DNA from: Candidatus Marinacidobacterales bacterium
Lineage (GTDB): Bacteria; Acidobacteriota; Vicinamibacteria; Marinacidobacterales; DATDRI01
NCBI GenBank assembly: GCA_965226495.1
Contig: OZ245365.1
Coordinates: forward strand, 4,928,001 to 4,992,000
Length of the DNA stretch: 64,000 nucleotides
Direction of reading: 5' to 3'
Under the pieces are notes generated by a model. The model did no database searches. It saw nothing but the letters and a program-made list of their open reading frames with translations, and was not told where the DNA came from. This document shows positions 47,092 through 57,007 of the stretch, piece after piece. A program made the translations under genes and the position numbers. Numbering within the stretch: the first letter of the stretch is position 1; each line of letters opens with the position of its first letter.

Positions 47092-48528
47092 TTAGACGCC
47101 TAGGTTGACGAGCTTGGTTTCCAGGTAATTGTCGAGGCCCTCTTGGCCCGACTCGTGGCCCATCCCGCTCTGTTTCCATCCCGGGAAGGGCCCTTCGGTC
47201 GCGGCCACTGCCCAATCGTTCACGCCGACCATGCCGAACTCCAAACCTTCATAGCAGCGAACCGCTGTTTTCATGTCGTTGGTCCAAACATAAGAAGCAA
47301 GCCCATATGGCGTCCGGTTGGCGAGCTCGATGACCTCGTCCGTATCCTCGAACGTCGCGAGCGGCAAGACCGGGCCGAAGATCTCTTCGTTATAGATGGG
47401 GACTGAGGGATCGACTTGGTTCAGCACGGTGGGTCGATAGAAATATCCTTTGGCGAAACCCTCCGGGCGGCCTCCGCCGGTCAGAACCTCGACGCCCTTG
47501 CCGCGGGCATCGGCCACCATCGCCTCGACGCGTTCGCGTTGGGTGGCGTTGATCATCGGTCCCACGTCGGTCTCGGGGCGGAGACCGTCGCCGACGGTGA
47601 GCGCCTCGACGTTCGGGACCAACCGCTCCACGAATTCATCGCTGACTTCCCGGTGAACCAGGAAGCGCTGAGGGGAAGTGCAGACTTGACCGGCATTGCG
47701 ATATTTGATGCCGACCGCACTCTTAGCCAACGCGTTCACGTCGGCGTCAGGAAAAATCAACACCGGCGCGTTCCCACCTAGCTCCAAGGAGAGACGGGTA
47801 AAGGTTCGCGAGGCGCCATCCAACAGAATGCGCCCCACCCGCACGCTCCCGGTGAAACTGATCTTGCGACAGTCGGCGTGGTCGAGCATCATCTGCCCCA
47901 TCGGCTCCGGCTCTCCGTTAACGAGGTTCATTACGCCGGCGGGAATGCCCGCCTCGACGAGGATGTTCATCATAGCCATTGCGGTGAGCGGTGTGAACTC
48001 TGAAGGACGGGCGACCACAGTACACCCTGCCGCTAAGGCCGCCGCCCAAGCCCGCGAGGTGTTGTAGGCGGGGAAGTTCCACGCGGTAATGATGCCCACC
48101 ACACCGATCGGTTGCTTGAGAACCAAGAGGCGCTTACCGGGGCGGCGGGATGGTATCGTCCGCCCGTAGGCGCGTTTGCACTCTTCCGAAAACCACTCGA
48201 ACAGATCCGCAGCGACGACCCACTCTCCCTTGGCCTGCGCCATCGGTTTGCCACACTCCTGGACCGTCGTCTTTGCAAGGTCCCCGGCACGATCACGCAT
48301 CAGGTCGGCAGCCTTTCGCAAAATGCTGGCGCGTTCATAAGCCGTCCGCTGAGACCAAGCAGGAAACGCGCGCGCCGCGGAGTCGATCGCCGCCTTGCAA
48401 TCGCTGCCATCTCCGAACGGGACTTCGCGCACGACATCTTCGGTGGCGGGATTGATAACTTTCCAAGTCCCGCCGTTTCCAGCACCAACCCAGTCTCCAT
48501 CAATGTATTGCTTGTAGATGTAGCTCAC
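47092..48528 (-). CDS. gabD: NAD(P)-dependent succinate-semialdehyde dehydrogenase family
   Basis: WNFP, SFTGS, LELGGNAP, RNAGQVC and EEIFGP. Confidence 0.8.
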   Translation of the reverse strand: MSYIYKQYIDGDWVGAGNGGTWKVINPATEDVVREVPFGDGSDCKAAIDSAARAFPAWSQRTAYERASILRKAADLMRDRAGDLAKTTVQECGKPMAQAKGEWVVAADLFEWFSEECKRAYGRTIPSRRPGKRLLVLKQPIGVVGIITAWNFPAYNTSRAWAAALAAGCTVVARPSEFTPLTAMAMMNILVEAGIPAGVMNLVNGEPEPMGQMMLDHADCRKISFTGSVRVGRILLDGASRTFTRLSLELGGNAPVLIFPDADVNALAKSAVGIKYRNAGQVCTSPQRFLVHREVSDEFVERLVPNVEALTVGDGLRPETDVGPMINATQRERVEAMVADARGKGVEVLTGGGRPEGFAKGYFYRPTVLNQVDPSVPIYNEEIFGPVLPLATFEDTDEVIELANRTPYGLASYVWTNDMKTAVRCYEGLEFGMVGVNDWAVAATEGPFPGWKQSGMGHESGQEGLDNYLETKLVNLGV

Positions 48529-48551
48529 GAGCGCCTACTCCTTTCCGTTGC

Positions 48552-49841
48552 TTACTTTGCCTGCTTAGCTTGTCGAGCTGGATGATATTCAAGATCCAGC
48601 AAAGCCCATCGCGCCATCATGACGAAATTGATGGCGAAGCAAACGACGCCTCCGAACACGAGGCCCAGTGAGACGACGAGTATCTCGCTCCTCATACTCA
48701 CTATTCCCACTACCGTGGCCAGGACCCCAACGGTGACCAAGACATTAGACAAAGCGCGAAGTCGATGGTTGTAGAGATCCTTCATCCCCGGCACCGCCGT
48801 CTTGCCGAAATCGCGCTGGAAACGCTCTTGCCAAACCCAAATCGGAAAGAGCTTGAACGCAACGGTAGTGATGGTAAGCACGATCCAACCGAGAAAGCCG
48901 GCGTAGCCATAGGCAAACTGGACTCGCATGCGAAGCGGGCTCTCGGGTGCAGGAATCCCGAAGGCGAGGAAAACGCCCGCCACCGCGGTCGCTACCAGGA
49001 TAACGAGCGGTACGACTTCCCACTCCCTCGCCCGCCCCGTTACGAAGGCCCGCACCGGGCCCCAAGACTGCCACGCGATAACCACCAACAACACCGTCGC
49101 AAAGGGAGCACACCATGGAAGGTCGGCCAGAAACGTAGTGGCCAGCCCCAAAATTCCCAACTGCAAAAGCCAGAAGCGGATCGGGAGCAGACTCTCCTTG
49201 CCGCGGGTCGTAGGAACTAACGCAAGCTGAACCCCGAATATCATCGTGGTCACCCACCCGATTCCGGCCAGGTGCATATGAGCAAAGAGATTGGACGTGA
49301 ACCTACCTGGTAGAAGGCTCGTCTCGCCGGCGAGAATCTTGTTGAAACCAAGGAGCGCTCCCAGCGACGCAGTCAACACTAGGTAAACCATCGAGGCGGC
49401 GACGTAGGGAGCGATCTTGTTCCCGCCGAACGCGCACCGCCAGACGCCGGAGAAGTTCACGAGCTGAACGACCGCCGCGGCGAGAACTAACAATGTTGCC
49501 CAGGCCATGCCATTCCACTCCGCAATCCAGAAGTGAAAAACCATGCCGGTAGCCCCCACGAAGAAGAGCACGAACTGGACGCGAGCGAGCCGCGCCGAGC
49601 GGGGATTGACGCGGAGGCTCATCGGAGCAAGCCGCAAGATCACTCCCATCATCAAGGAAGTGATGAAACCAAGGGTTATGACGTGCGTGAGGGCTAGGAA
49701 CTCAGGAGAGTAGAAATATTCCAGAAACTGCCGGTGGCGAACCCACATCCACAGGGTCCCGCCAAGGAGCGAGGCCATGGCGGTGAGCATGAAGGGCTCT
49801 TCGATTCGCGCGTGCCCTTGCTTGCTGTTGGCGGGTGACAA
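48552..49841 (-). CDS. Multi-pass membrane protein (NnrS/heme-copper oxidase subunit I-like hypothetical)
   Basis: About 12 hydrophobic segments with His motifs LTHVITLGF and AHMHLAGIGW; start may be ATG 49790. Confidence 0.6.
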   Translation of the reverse strand: MSPANSKQGHARIEEPFMLTAMASLLGGTLWMWVRHRQFLEYFYSPEFLALTHVITLGFITSLMMGVILRLAPMSLRVNPRSARLARVQFVLFFVGATGMVFHFWIAEWNGMAWATLLVLAAAVVQLVNFSGVWRCAFGGNKIAPYVAASMVYLVLTASLGALLGFNKILAGETSLLPGRFTSNLFAHMHLAGIGWVTTMIFGVQLALVPTTRGKESLLPIRFWLLQLGILGLATTFLADLPWCAPFATVLLVVIAWQSWGPVRAFVTGRAREWEVVPLVILVATAVAGVFLAFGIPAPESPLRMRVQFAYGYAGFLGWIVLTITTVAFKLFPIWVWQERFQRDFGKTAVPGMKDLYNHRLRALSNVLVTVGVLATVVGIVSMRSEILVVSLGLVFGGVVCFAINFVMMARWALLDLEYHPARQAKQAK

Positions 49842-49850
49842 CTGACGTTT

Positions 49851-51119
49851 CTATTCGCTCGAGCTCGGGAGAGCGAAACTCGTTCGATCGACGACCACCT
49901 TACCGTTGTGAACCACCAACAGGATGTCCTGCAAAGCGACGATGTCTTCGAGAGGGTTGCGCTCCACCGCAATCAAGTCCGCCTCGAGCCCGCTCCGGAT
50001 GGTCCCTGTTCTACCATCCACTCCGAGCAGTCTCGCCGCCGTTGCGGTGGCGGCGAGAATGGCTTCCATCGGTGAAAGCCCACATTTCACCAGCTCTTCA
50101 ACCTCATGCTGAAGTCTCAAGACACCCTCGGGCCCGAAGCCGGTGTCGGTCGCAGCAGCAATGGGAATTTGCATCGCATGGGCCTCGCGCACCACCTCGC
50201 GAAGACGCGTCAGCATGTGGCGACCGCGTACTTGAAGAAACGGATCGTCGTAATCGCCTCCCGGGGCGGCGAGATCGGTAACGACCGCCACCGTGGGAAC
50301 CAAAAAGGTTCCTTTCTCTTTCATGAGCTCGAGTGTCGTCGTCGTCAAGTAGGTTCCATGCTCGATGCTGCGAACACCCGCTCGCACGGCGGCGCGAGCC
50401 CCCTCATCACCGTGCGCATGAGCGGCCACCGGAATGCCCGAGCGACCGGCTTCGTCCACCACCGCGGCGATCTCTTCTTCCGACATCGTTTGTTTGCGCG
50501 GGTCGGTCTCGGGTAGCCCGGCTCGTTCGGTGGAAGTAATTTTGATCCAATCCACGCGGTGCCGAATGTTCACTTCGGTCACGCGCCGAAAAGCGTCCGG
50601 CCCGCGGACTCCCGCCATCAAATCTGCCAGCCCCGGCTCGTCTATAAAGAGCTCGGACGACGGAGTCGGTCGGACATGGTACCCGGCGGCTAGAATCTCG
50701 GGGGAGTCGATCGCTCCTTCTCGGCCCAGTTCGCGAAGACCCACGTCGGTGAAATGGGCGGTCCCCATGCTGCGCGCCGTCGTGACTCCCGATCGGAGCG
50801 CTTTCTCCGCGTTACGGATTCCCCTCAGGTGGACGTGGGCGTCGATCAAACCTGGCAGCAGATACTTTCCTTGCAGATCGATCACTTCCGCATCGGCTGC
50901 CCCTGCTGAGGATGCCGCAGAGGCTTCGGACGACCCCTCCGTGACCCGCTCGATGCGACCGTCGCGAACGACCACGGTGGCATTCATCAGGACGCTCGAG
51001 CCTAACCCGTCGATCACATTGGCATGGGTCAGGATCAAGACTCCGTTCGACGTTGACTGGGCTCCCAGCAAAGTCGCAAGCGAGATAACGACGGCGAAAC
51101 TCAACGAGATCGGTTTCAT
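49851..51119 (-). CDS. Secreted amidohydrolase (Xaa-Pro dipeptidase-like)
   Basis: Signal peptide, PGLIDAHVH, AAHAHG, SIEHG and ATD. Confidence 0.88.
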   Translation of the reverse strand: MKPISLSFAVVISLATLLGAQSTSNGVLILTHANVIDGLGSSVLMNATVVVRDGRIERVTEGSSEASAASSAGAADAEVIDLQGKYLLPGLIDAHVHLRGIRNAEKALRSGVTTARSMGTAHFTDVGLRELGREGAIDSPEILAAGYHVRPTPSSELFIDEPGLADLMAGVRGPDAFRRVTEVNIRHRVDWIKITSTERAGLPETDPRKQTMSEEEIAAVVDEAGRSGIPVAAHAHGDEGARAAVRAGVRSIEHGTYLTTTTLELMKEKGTFLVPTVAVVTDLAAPGGDYDDPFLQVRGRHMLTRLREVVREAHAMQIPIAAATDTGFGPEGVLRLQHEVEELVKCGLSPMEAILAATATAARLLGVDGRTGTIRSGLEADLIAVERNPLEDIVALQDILLVVHNGKVVVDRTSFALPSSSE

Positions 51120-51136
51120 CCTGTTCCTCCCGCCGA

Positions 51137-51535
51137 CTAGCCCTGCGTCCCCACTCGCTCGGGCTCGATGTAATAGAGGACGCGCACTTCCTCGGGCGTG
51201 CGGTAAGGGTATTGGTCCTGGTCCAGGTACTTCTTCGCCATTTTATCTATATGGGCATCCGCACCCTCTTCGGTAATCTTTGCAACCCGCCCCCGAATCA
51301 TAATCGCGGCATAGGGATTGTCGGGGTCGGTGACCGAGAGCGCGACGCGCGGATCAGCGCGCATGTTTCTATCCTTCAATCGTCCCTTGGCAGAATTGAC
51401 GACGATATAGTCCCCCTCGGTGTCGACCCAGACCGGACTGACCTGCGGACTACCGTCCTTCATTCGTGTCGCGAGGTGGACGAAGGCTTTTTTTGAAAAA
51501 ACCCCCCTCTGTTCTTCAGATAGTTTCTGCGTCAT
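51137..51535 (-). CDS. PPOX-class (split beta-barrel) putative F420-dependent oxidoreductase
   Basis: LAT..DGSPQVSPVW and K.RN.RADPRVAL; GGAGG SD before ATG 51535. Confidence 0.85.
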   Translation of the reverse strand: MTQKLSEEQRGVFSKKAFVHLATRMKDGSPQVSPVWVDTEGDYIVVNSAKGRLKDRNMRADPRVALSVTDPDNPYAAIMIRGRVAKITEEGADAHIDKMAKKYLDQDQYPYRTPEEVRVLYYIEPERVGTQG

Positions 51536-51624
51536 GACTTGCCTCCACTGGAAAATTGGACCCCACAGTCTAGCAGAACAATCGGTTTTGGGGCGGCGGG
51601 CGTATCGGGGGGGGTGGGCGAGCT

Positions 51625-53178
51625 CTATTCGCCGAACTTGATGCCCTGCGCGAGTGGCAGGTCTTGAGACCAGTTGATGGTATTGGTCTGGCGACGCATA
51701 TAGGCCTTCCAAGCGTCCGACCCTGACTCGCGGCCGCCGCCGGTCTCTTTTTCGCCACCGAAGGCGCCACCGATCTCGGCGCCCGACGTTCCAATATTGA
51801 CGTTAGCGATCCCGCAGTCGGAGCCGCGAGCGGAAAGAAACGTCTCCACCGTCCGCATACTATCGGTGAAGATCGCACTCGAAAGCCCCTGTGGCACATC
51901 GTTGTGAATCTGAACGGCCTCTTCTAGATCGCCGTACTCCAGGAGGTAAAGAATCGGGGCAAACGTTTCTTCTTTGACGATGTCTGCCTGCTTGGGCATC
52001 TTCACAATCGTCGGCTCGACGAAATTGGCCCCTAGATCCTCCCGCTTCTTCCCCCCGGCAACGATCTCTCCGCCCTCCTTCTTTGCACGCTCGAGGGCCT
52101 TGAACATATCGTCGACCGCCGTCGAGTTCACCAGCGGCCCCATCAGAACTCCCTCCTCGAGAGGATCCCCGAGGCGCACCTGACGATAAGCATCGACCAA
52201 CCGCGTAGTGAGTTTCTCGCTGATGTCTCTCTGTACGATGATGCGACGCGTCGTAGTACATCGCTGTCCTGACGTCCCGACCGCACCGAACAGGATGGCG
52301 CGCACCGCCAGATCCAAAGGCGCGTCTTCGGCGACGACGATCGCGTTGTTCCCCCCCAGTTCGAGGATGGTCCGCCCAAAACGTTTCGAAACCGTCTCCG
52401 CCACTCGACGGCCCACTTTCGTTGAACCGGTGAAGGAGACCAAGGGGACACGAGGATCGTTCAGCATCGCCTCGCCCACCTCACCGCCTGATCCGATGGC
52501 GAGCGTGAAGATACCTTCGAGGCCGTGATCGGTCATCACCCGATTAGCGATATTTTGGATCGCGATCGCCGTGAGAGGTACTTCGGTGGACGGCTTCCAC
52601 AAAACCGGATCGCCACACACGTTCGCAATCGCGGCGTTCCAGGACCACACCGCTGCCGGGAAATTGAATGCAGTGATGATCCCCACCACACCCAAGGGGT
52701 GCCATTGCTCGTACATCCGATGGCTGGGCCGTTCGGAATGCATCGTCAGCCCATAGAGTTGCCGAGAGAGTCCGACCGCGAAGTCGCAAATGTCGATCAT
52801 CTCCTGCACTTCGCCGTGCCCCTCGGACCTCAGCTTGCCCATCTCGAGAGAAACCAAATCGCCGAGGGGCTCCTTGAGCTCGCGCAGCGCTTCTCCAAGG
52901 TCGCGGACGACTTGACCACGCTGCGGAGCCGGGACCGCGCGCCAAGCCTGAAACGCGGAATGCGCGCTGGAAGCCACTGTCTCGTACGATGTGGTGGTCG
53001 CTTGAACGATCTTGGCGATGGGCTCTCCGGTCGTTGGGTTGAAGGAAATTATCTCCTTGCCATTCGGATCCTCGATCCAACCATCGGGCCCGGTGCAGGC
53101 CCCCGCATTGACTTCCTTGATTCCCAGCTTTTCCAAGATCGCCTTCACCGTCTTAGACCCTTCCCGATGTTCAATCAC
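51625..53178 (-). CDS. amaB: Aldehyde dehydrogenase family 7 (alpha-aminoadipate semialdehyde/P6C dehydrogenase)
   Basis: GEVQEMIDICDFAVGLSRQLYG, GQRCTT and GGGRESGSDAWK; start may be GTG 53148. Confidence 0.88.
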   Translation of the reverse strand: MIEHREGSKTVKAILEKLGIKEVNAGACTGPDGWIEDPNGKEIISFNPTTGEPIAKIVQATTTSYETVASSAHSAFQAWRAVPAPQRGQVVRDLGEALRELKEPLGDLVSLEMGKLRSEGHGEVQEMIDICDFAVGLSRQLYGLTMHSERPSHRMYEQWHPLGVVGIITAFNFPAAVWSWNAAIANVCGDPVLWKPSTEVPLTAIAIQNIANRVMTDHGLEGIFTLAIGSGGEVGEAMLNDPRVPLVSFTGSTKVGRRVAETVSKRFGRTILELGGNNAIVVAEDAPLDLAVRAILFGAVGTSGQRCTTTRRIIVQRDISEKLTTRLVDAYRQVRLGDPLEEGVLMGPLVNSTAVDDMFKALERAKKEGGEIVAGGKKREDLGANFVEPTIVKMPKQADIVKEETFAPILYLLEYGDLEEAVQIHNDVPQGLSSAIFTDSMRTVETFLSARGSDCGIANVNIGTSGAEIGGAFGGEKETGGGRESGSDAWKAYMRRQTNTINWSQDLPLAQGIKFGE

Positions 53179-53408
53179 ACCTTAGGCTTCGGCGGCGGGA
53201 GAGCAAAGGCCTTTGCTTCGTGACTAAACCCTGCACGATTGTGAGATCCGTCGCAGAACGGCTTGTTCTCGGAATTGCCGCATCGACACAACCCGATGAC
53301 TTCTCGACCGGCGAGGTCATAGTTGTTACCCTCGCCGTCCTCGATTGTGAAATTTCCCTTTATTCGAAGTGGACCATTTTTGGAAACGGTGATTTCGCTA
53401 TCCGCCAT
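53175..53408 (-). CDS. CDGSH iron-sulfur domain protein
   Basis: CRCGNSENKPFCDGSH. Confidence 0.93.
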   Translation of the reverse strand: MADSEITVSKNGPLRIKGNFTIEDGEGNNYDLAGREVIGLCRCGNSENKPFCDGSHNRAGFSHEAKAFALPPPKPKV

Positions 53409-53458
53409 CCTTCACCTCCTTGCTCTTGTTTTGACTCGTAGTATACCATTCAGGAACT

Positions 53459-53752
53459 ATGCCAGAAGATGATGGACCCAAGAGCGCAGTCGAGCTCGCC
53501 ATGGAAAAGCTCCGCGCGCGGGGGGACTTCACAGAGACGTCGTTGACCGACGCACAAAAGGCCGAGATCGCAGACATACGAAGCCTTTACAAATCGAAGA
53601 TCGCCGAGCACGAGATCCATGAAGCGGCCAAGATGAAGCAGGCCACCACTCTGGAGGAGCTCGAGACCATGAAAGAGGCCTTGGCCAAGGAGAAAGGGCG
53701 TCTTAGCAACGAGATGGAAGACAAGGTCAAGAAGATTCGTAGCAGTAAGTAA
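53459..53752 (+). CDS. Hypothetical coiled-coil protein
   Basis: 97 aa with AGGA SD; KSAVELAMEKL...LTDAQKAEIA. Confidence 0.7.
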   Translation: MPEDDGPKSAVELAMEKLRARGDFTETSLTDAQKAEIADIRSLYKSKIAEHEIHEAAKMKQATTLEELETMKEALAKEKGRLSNEMEDKVKKIRSSK

Positions 53753-53877
53753 TCCGCATCATCACAGTCCTCCAACTATTTGAATTTTCCGTTAACCGCT
53801 CCTGTGTCCGCCCGTTCGCCATCGACCGGTCTCTGCAGTAAAGTAAGGACGGGAGAGAAGAGGGGTAGCGGAAAAAT

Positions 53878-55029
53878 ATGAAGATCGCAATCACCTGCTA
53901 TCCTACTCACGGCGGAAGCGGCGTCATCGCTTCCGAGCTCGCACTGGGTCTCGCCGAGCGGGGCCATACGATCCACATCGTCAGCTACGCGGTTCCCTTT
54001 CGACTTCGAACGTTCCATCCCAACGTGCGCATCCACGAAGTAGAGGTGGCCAGCTATCCCCTCTTCAAATACCCGCCCTACACGCTAGGGTTGGCCACGA
54101 AGTTGGCGGAAGTGGCAACCGAGCAAGAGGTCGATGTTATCCACGCCCACTACGCCGTCCCCCACGCGGTGAGCGCCTTGCTCGCCAAACAGATCCTGGG
54201 CGGTGACTCGCCAAAGGTCATCACGACCCTTCACGGAACCGACATTACCCTGGTGGGGGCCGACGAGTCGTTTCATCGCGTTATTCGCTTCGCGATCGAC
54301 TCTTCGGATGGGGTGACCGCGGTATCCAAGTACCTTCAGCGACGAACCGTGGAACAGTTCGGACCCAAAGGACCGGTCGAAGTCATCTACAACTTCGTCA
54401 ACACCACGAGATGTCAGCGCACCACCGAAAAGTGCACCCGCGGGCACTGGGCGCCCAACGGTGAGAAGATCTTGATGCACGCTTCTAACTTCCGACCGGT
54501 GAAGCGCGTTACCGACGTGGTTCGAATCTTCGACCGAGTACAGAAACAAATACCGTCCAAACTCTTGCTGGTGGGCGCAGGACCAGAACGGATGTTCGTT
54601 CAACAGCTCGTGAAAGAGCTCCGCCTGACCGAGCATGTGCACTTCCTGGGTGAGCAGGACTACTTAGAGAGCCTGCTCAGTTGCGCGGATCTCTTCGTGC
54701 TGCCCAGCGAGCAAGAGAGCTTCGGTTTGGTCGCTCTGGAAGCCATGAGCTGCGAGGTTCCGGTAATAGGCGCGAGCATCGGAGGATTGCCCGAGGTGGT
54801 CGCTCATGGCGAGACCGGGTTCTTGTTTCCAGTCGGCGAGATCAAGCAAATGGCCGACGCCGCCACAGAACTTCTCGCAAACGAGCAGGAGCTTGCACGG
54901 TTTCGCCGATGCGCCCGCCAATGGGCGGTGGAGCACTTCGATTCCGAAAAAATCATCCCCCAATACGAGCAATTCTACAAAGAGGTGCTCGAGACCGGGT
55001 CGAAAACGATCCAAAAAACGGTTTCTTGA
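53878..55029 (+). CDS. bshA: N-acetyl-alpha-D-glucosaminyl L-malate synthase
   Basis: [36 protein letters not shown] and [11 protein letters not shown]. Confidence 0.93.
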   Translation: MKIAITCYPTHGGSGVIASELALGLAERGHTIHIVSYAVPFRLRTFHPNVRIHEVEVASYPLFKYPPYTLGLATKLAEVATEQEVDVIHAHYAVPHAVSALLAKQILGGDSPKVITTLHGTDITLVGADESFHRVIRFAIDSSDGVTAVSKYLQRRTVEQFGPKGPVEVIYNFVNTTRCQRTTEKCTRGHWAPNGEKILMHASNFRPVKRVTDVVRIFDRVQKQIPSKLLLVGAGPERMFVQQLVKELRLTEHVHFLGEQDYLESLLSCADLFVLPSEQESFGLVALEAMSCEVPVIGASIGGLPEVVAHGETGFLFPVGEIKQMADAATELLANEQELARFRRCARQWAVEHFDSEKIIPQYEQFYKEVLETGSKTIQKTVS

Positions 55030-55061
55030 TCGCGATCCGGTTTGCGGCTAGTCTCGCCTCT

Positions 55062-55559
55062 ATGCGTTGGCCCTGGCTGCTTCTGAACTGCGTGTTCATC
55101 GCCTGCGCCCAACCACCCACCCAAGAAATAAACATCACCACGGAGCGAGTGGCGCGAGCTCGAGAGGCGGAAGCCCACATTTACGCGGATGTCTTCTTGG
55201 CCGAAGCGGAAGCCGCGCTGACCGAAGCCCGCCAAAATCTCGACGCGAAACGCTACCGCGCTGCGGTGGAAGCGGCGTCATTGGCGAGCTTACGAGCCGA
55301 CGAAGCCTATGCACGCGCCGTTCTCCGAAAACAGAGGATGGAGCGACGGGCGAGACGGCAGCTGCGAGAGGTCTTGGCTTTGCTCGACCAGGCCCGCAGC
55401 CGTGGCACCGCTCCCCAATCGGTGAAACCGCTGGCCGACCATTTGGGCGAACTGGAGAGAGCCTTTCGGCGAGGAGGATCGCCCTACGAGATCTTCGAGG
55501 CAAGTGCCGAACTCAAAAACAATTCGCTCGAGTTATTGGGTCGATCCAATCGGCGATGA
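55062..55559 (+). CDS. Putative lipoprotein (DUF4398-like helical)
   Basis: ATG 55062; lipobox-like FIAC; A..AEA..YA motif. Confidence 0.6.
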   Translation: MRWPWLLLNCVFIACAQPPTQEINITTERVARAREAEAHIYADVFLAEAEAALTEARQNLDAKRYRAAVEAASLASLRADEAYARAVLRKQRMERRARRQLREVLALLDQARSRGTAPQSVKPLADHLGELERAFRRGGSPYEIFEASAELKNNSLELLGRSNRR

Positions 55560-56411
55560 GTCGAAGGTACCCTCCGCCACGACCACCGACTCTCCGGTAA
55601 CGTAAACTTCCTGCCGGTTCTCCCAATGGACCTCGAGTTTGCCCCCCGGACATTCGACGGTGACCCGATCGTCAGTTTTGCCGTTCAACATGGAGGCCAC
55701 CGCCGCGGCGGCCGAGCCGGTCCCAGAGGCCTCAGTTTCGCCCGCGCCACGTTCCCATATGCGCATCGCGATCTCGGAACGGCTCCGGACCGAAACGAAC
55801 TCCGCGTTGGTCTTCCGGGGAAAACGGGAATGGTTCTCGATGAGTGGACCCAACTCGAGTACAACGTCACGATCGAGTCGGTCGACGAAGACGACACAAT
55901 GCGGATTCCCCATCGAGACCGCGGTGATCTCGAGGGTGCGTCCGGCAACCTCTAGAGGGACGCCTTTCACTGGCTCTTGAGGTGGATCTATTTGAAACGG
56001 AATCTCGGCGCTCGCCAACCGAGGTGCACCCATCGCAGCTTTGAAGACGACTCGCGGACCGGTCGCCTCGATGAACTCCAACGTACGCGTGCCGGAACCG
56101 GTCTCGACGACGATCGCGGCATCCCTCGCCAGACCGGAAAGCCTCAGGTGCGCACCCAGGCAACGTAGACCATTGCCGGAAATCTCCGCATAACTGCCGT
56201 CTTGATTGAGCAGGGTCATGGAGAACGAATCGCCTCCCGCCGTTTCGAAGACAACGAGTCCATCGGCACCGACTCCGCGGCGGCGATGGCACATCGACCG
56301 AGCGAGCGCAGGCCACGCGTCCGGTGTCGGCAGCTCCCTCCGATCCACGATGAGAAAATCGTTTCCCAGCGCATGCGTCTTGGCAAACTTGACGAGTTTA
56401 GGAGCGGTCAT
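55533..56411 (-). CDS. dapF: Diaminopimelate epimerase-like protein (Ser/Ser active site)
   Basis: GNDF, GVGADG, SMGNPH and WERGAGET; EISGNG and EASGTG replace the Cys motifs. Confidence 0.85.
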   Translation of the reverse strand: MTAPKLVKFAKTHALGNDFLIVDRRELPTPDAWPALARSMCHRRRGVGADGLVVFETAGGDSFSMTLLNQDGSYAEISGNGLRCLGAHLRLSGLARDAAIVVETGSGTRTLEFIEATGPRVVFKAAMGAPRLASAEIPFQIDPPQEPVKGVPLEVAGRTLEITAVSMGNPHCVVFVDRLDRDVVLELGPLIENHSRFPRKTNAEFVSVRSRSEIAMRIWERGAGETEASGTGSAAAAVASMLNGKTDDRVTVECPGGKLEVHWENRQEVYVTGESVVVAEGTFDSSPIGSTQ

Positions 56412-57007
56412 CTCGGATCTTCTTCGTATCGCTCGGGCGCCGATGTCTCGGGCAACGTCTCTAGAGGGGCGGAATCCGCACGGCGTCTCACGTAGACAAG
56501 CGCGGCGCCATCGTAAAGCGCATGCACCAAAGCCGGGACGAACAGATTACCGCTTGCCTGGTACAAAGCTCCGAGGAGAACTCCCATGCCGGTTGCCCAG
56601 AGAGCCAACGGCCATAGTTCCCGACTCGGGCCGTGAAGCAGTCCGAAAACCACGCTCGCGATCCAAATGCCGAACTCATCCTGAAGCACGCCTCTGAAGA
56701 GTAGCTCTTCTCCTAGACCGGCCAGCGCAGCCACCACCAGAAGATCGGAAACGGAAGCTCGACGAAAGAGAGGGAAGACCTCCGATTCCAGGAAAGCGTG
56801 GACCGCGGCCGGATGTCCAGCCCGCTTCCCGATAAAATAGAGAGAGAAGTTCGCGGCCAGGAAGACCGCGGTCGCGACAAGCGCCACACCAACGGCACCG
56901 ACGTCGACCCAAAAGGGGATACCAACCCCACGAAACCAAGCCCAAACCATCGCCAAGATTGCGAGCCCACCTTCTCCGAGCATCAACCAACGAAGAGAAG
57001 TTTTCAT
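56408..57007 (-). CDS. CPBP (CAAX/Abi) family intramembrane metalloprotease
   Basis: EELLFRG, FGLLH and HALYD. Confidence 0.9.
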   Translation of the reverse strand: MKTSLRWLMLGEGGLAILAMVWAWFRGVGIPFWVDVGAVGVALVATAVFLAANFSLYFIGKRAGHPAAVHAFLESEVFPLFRRASVSDLLVVAALAGLGEELLFRGVLQDEFGIWIASVVFGLLHGPSRELWPLALWATGMGVLLGALYQASGNLFVPALVHALYDGAALVYVRRRADSAPLETLPETSAPERYEEDPR

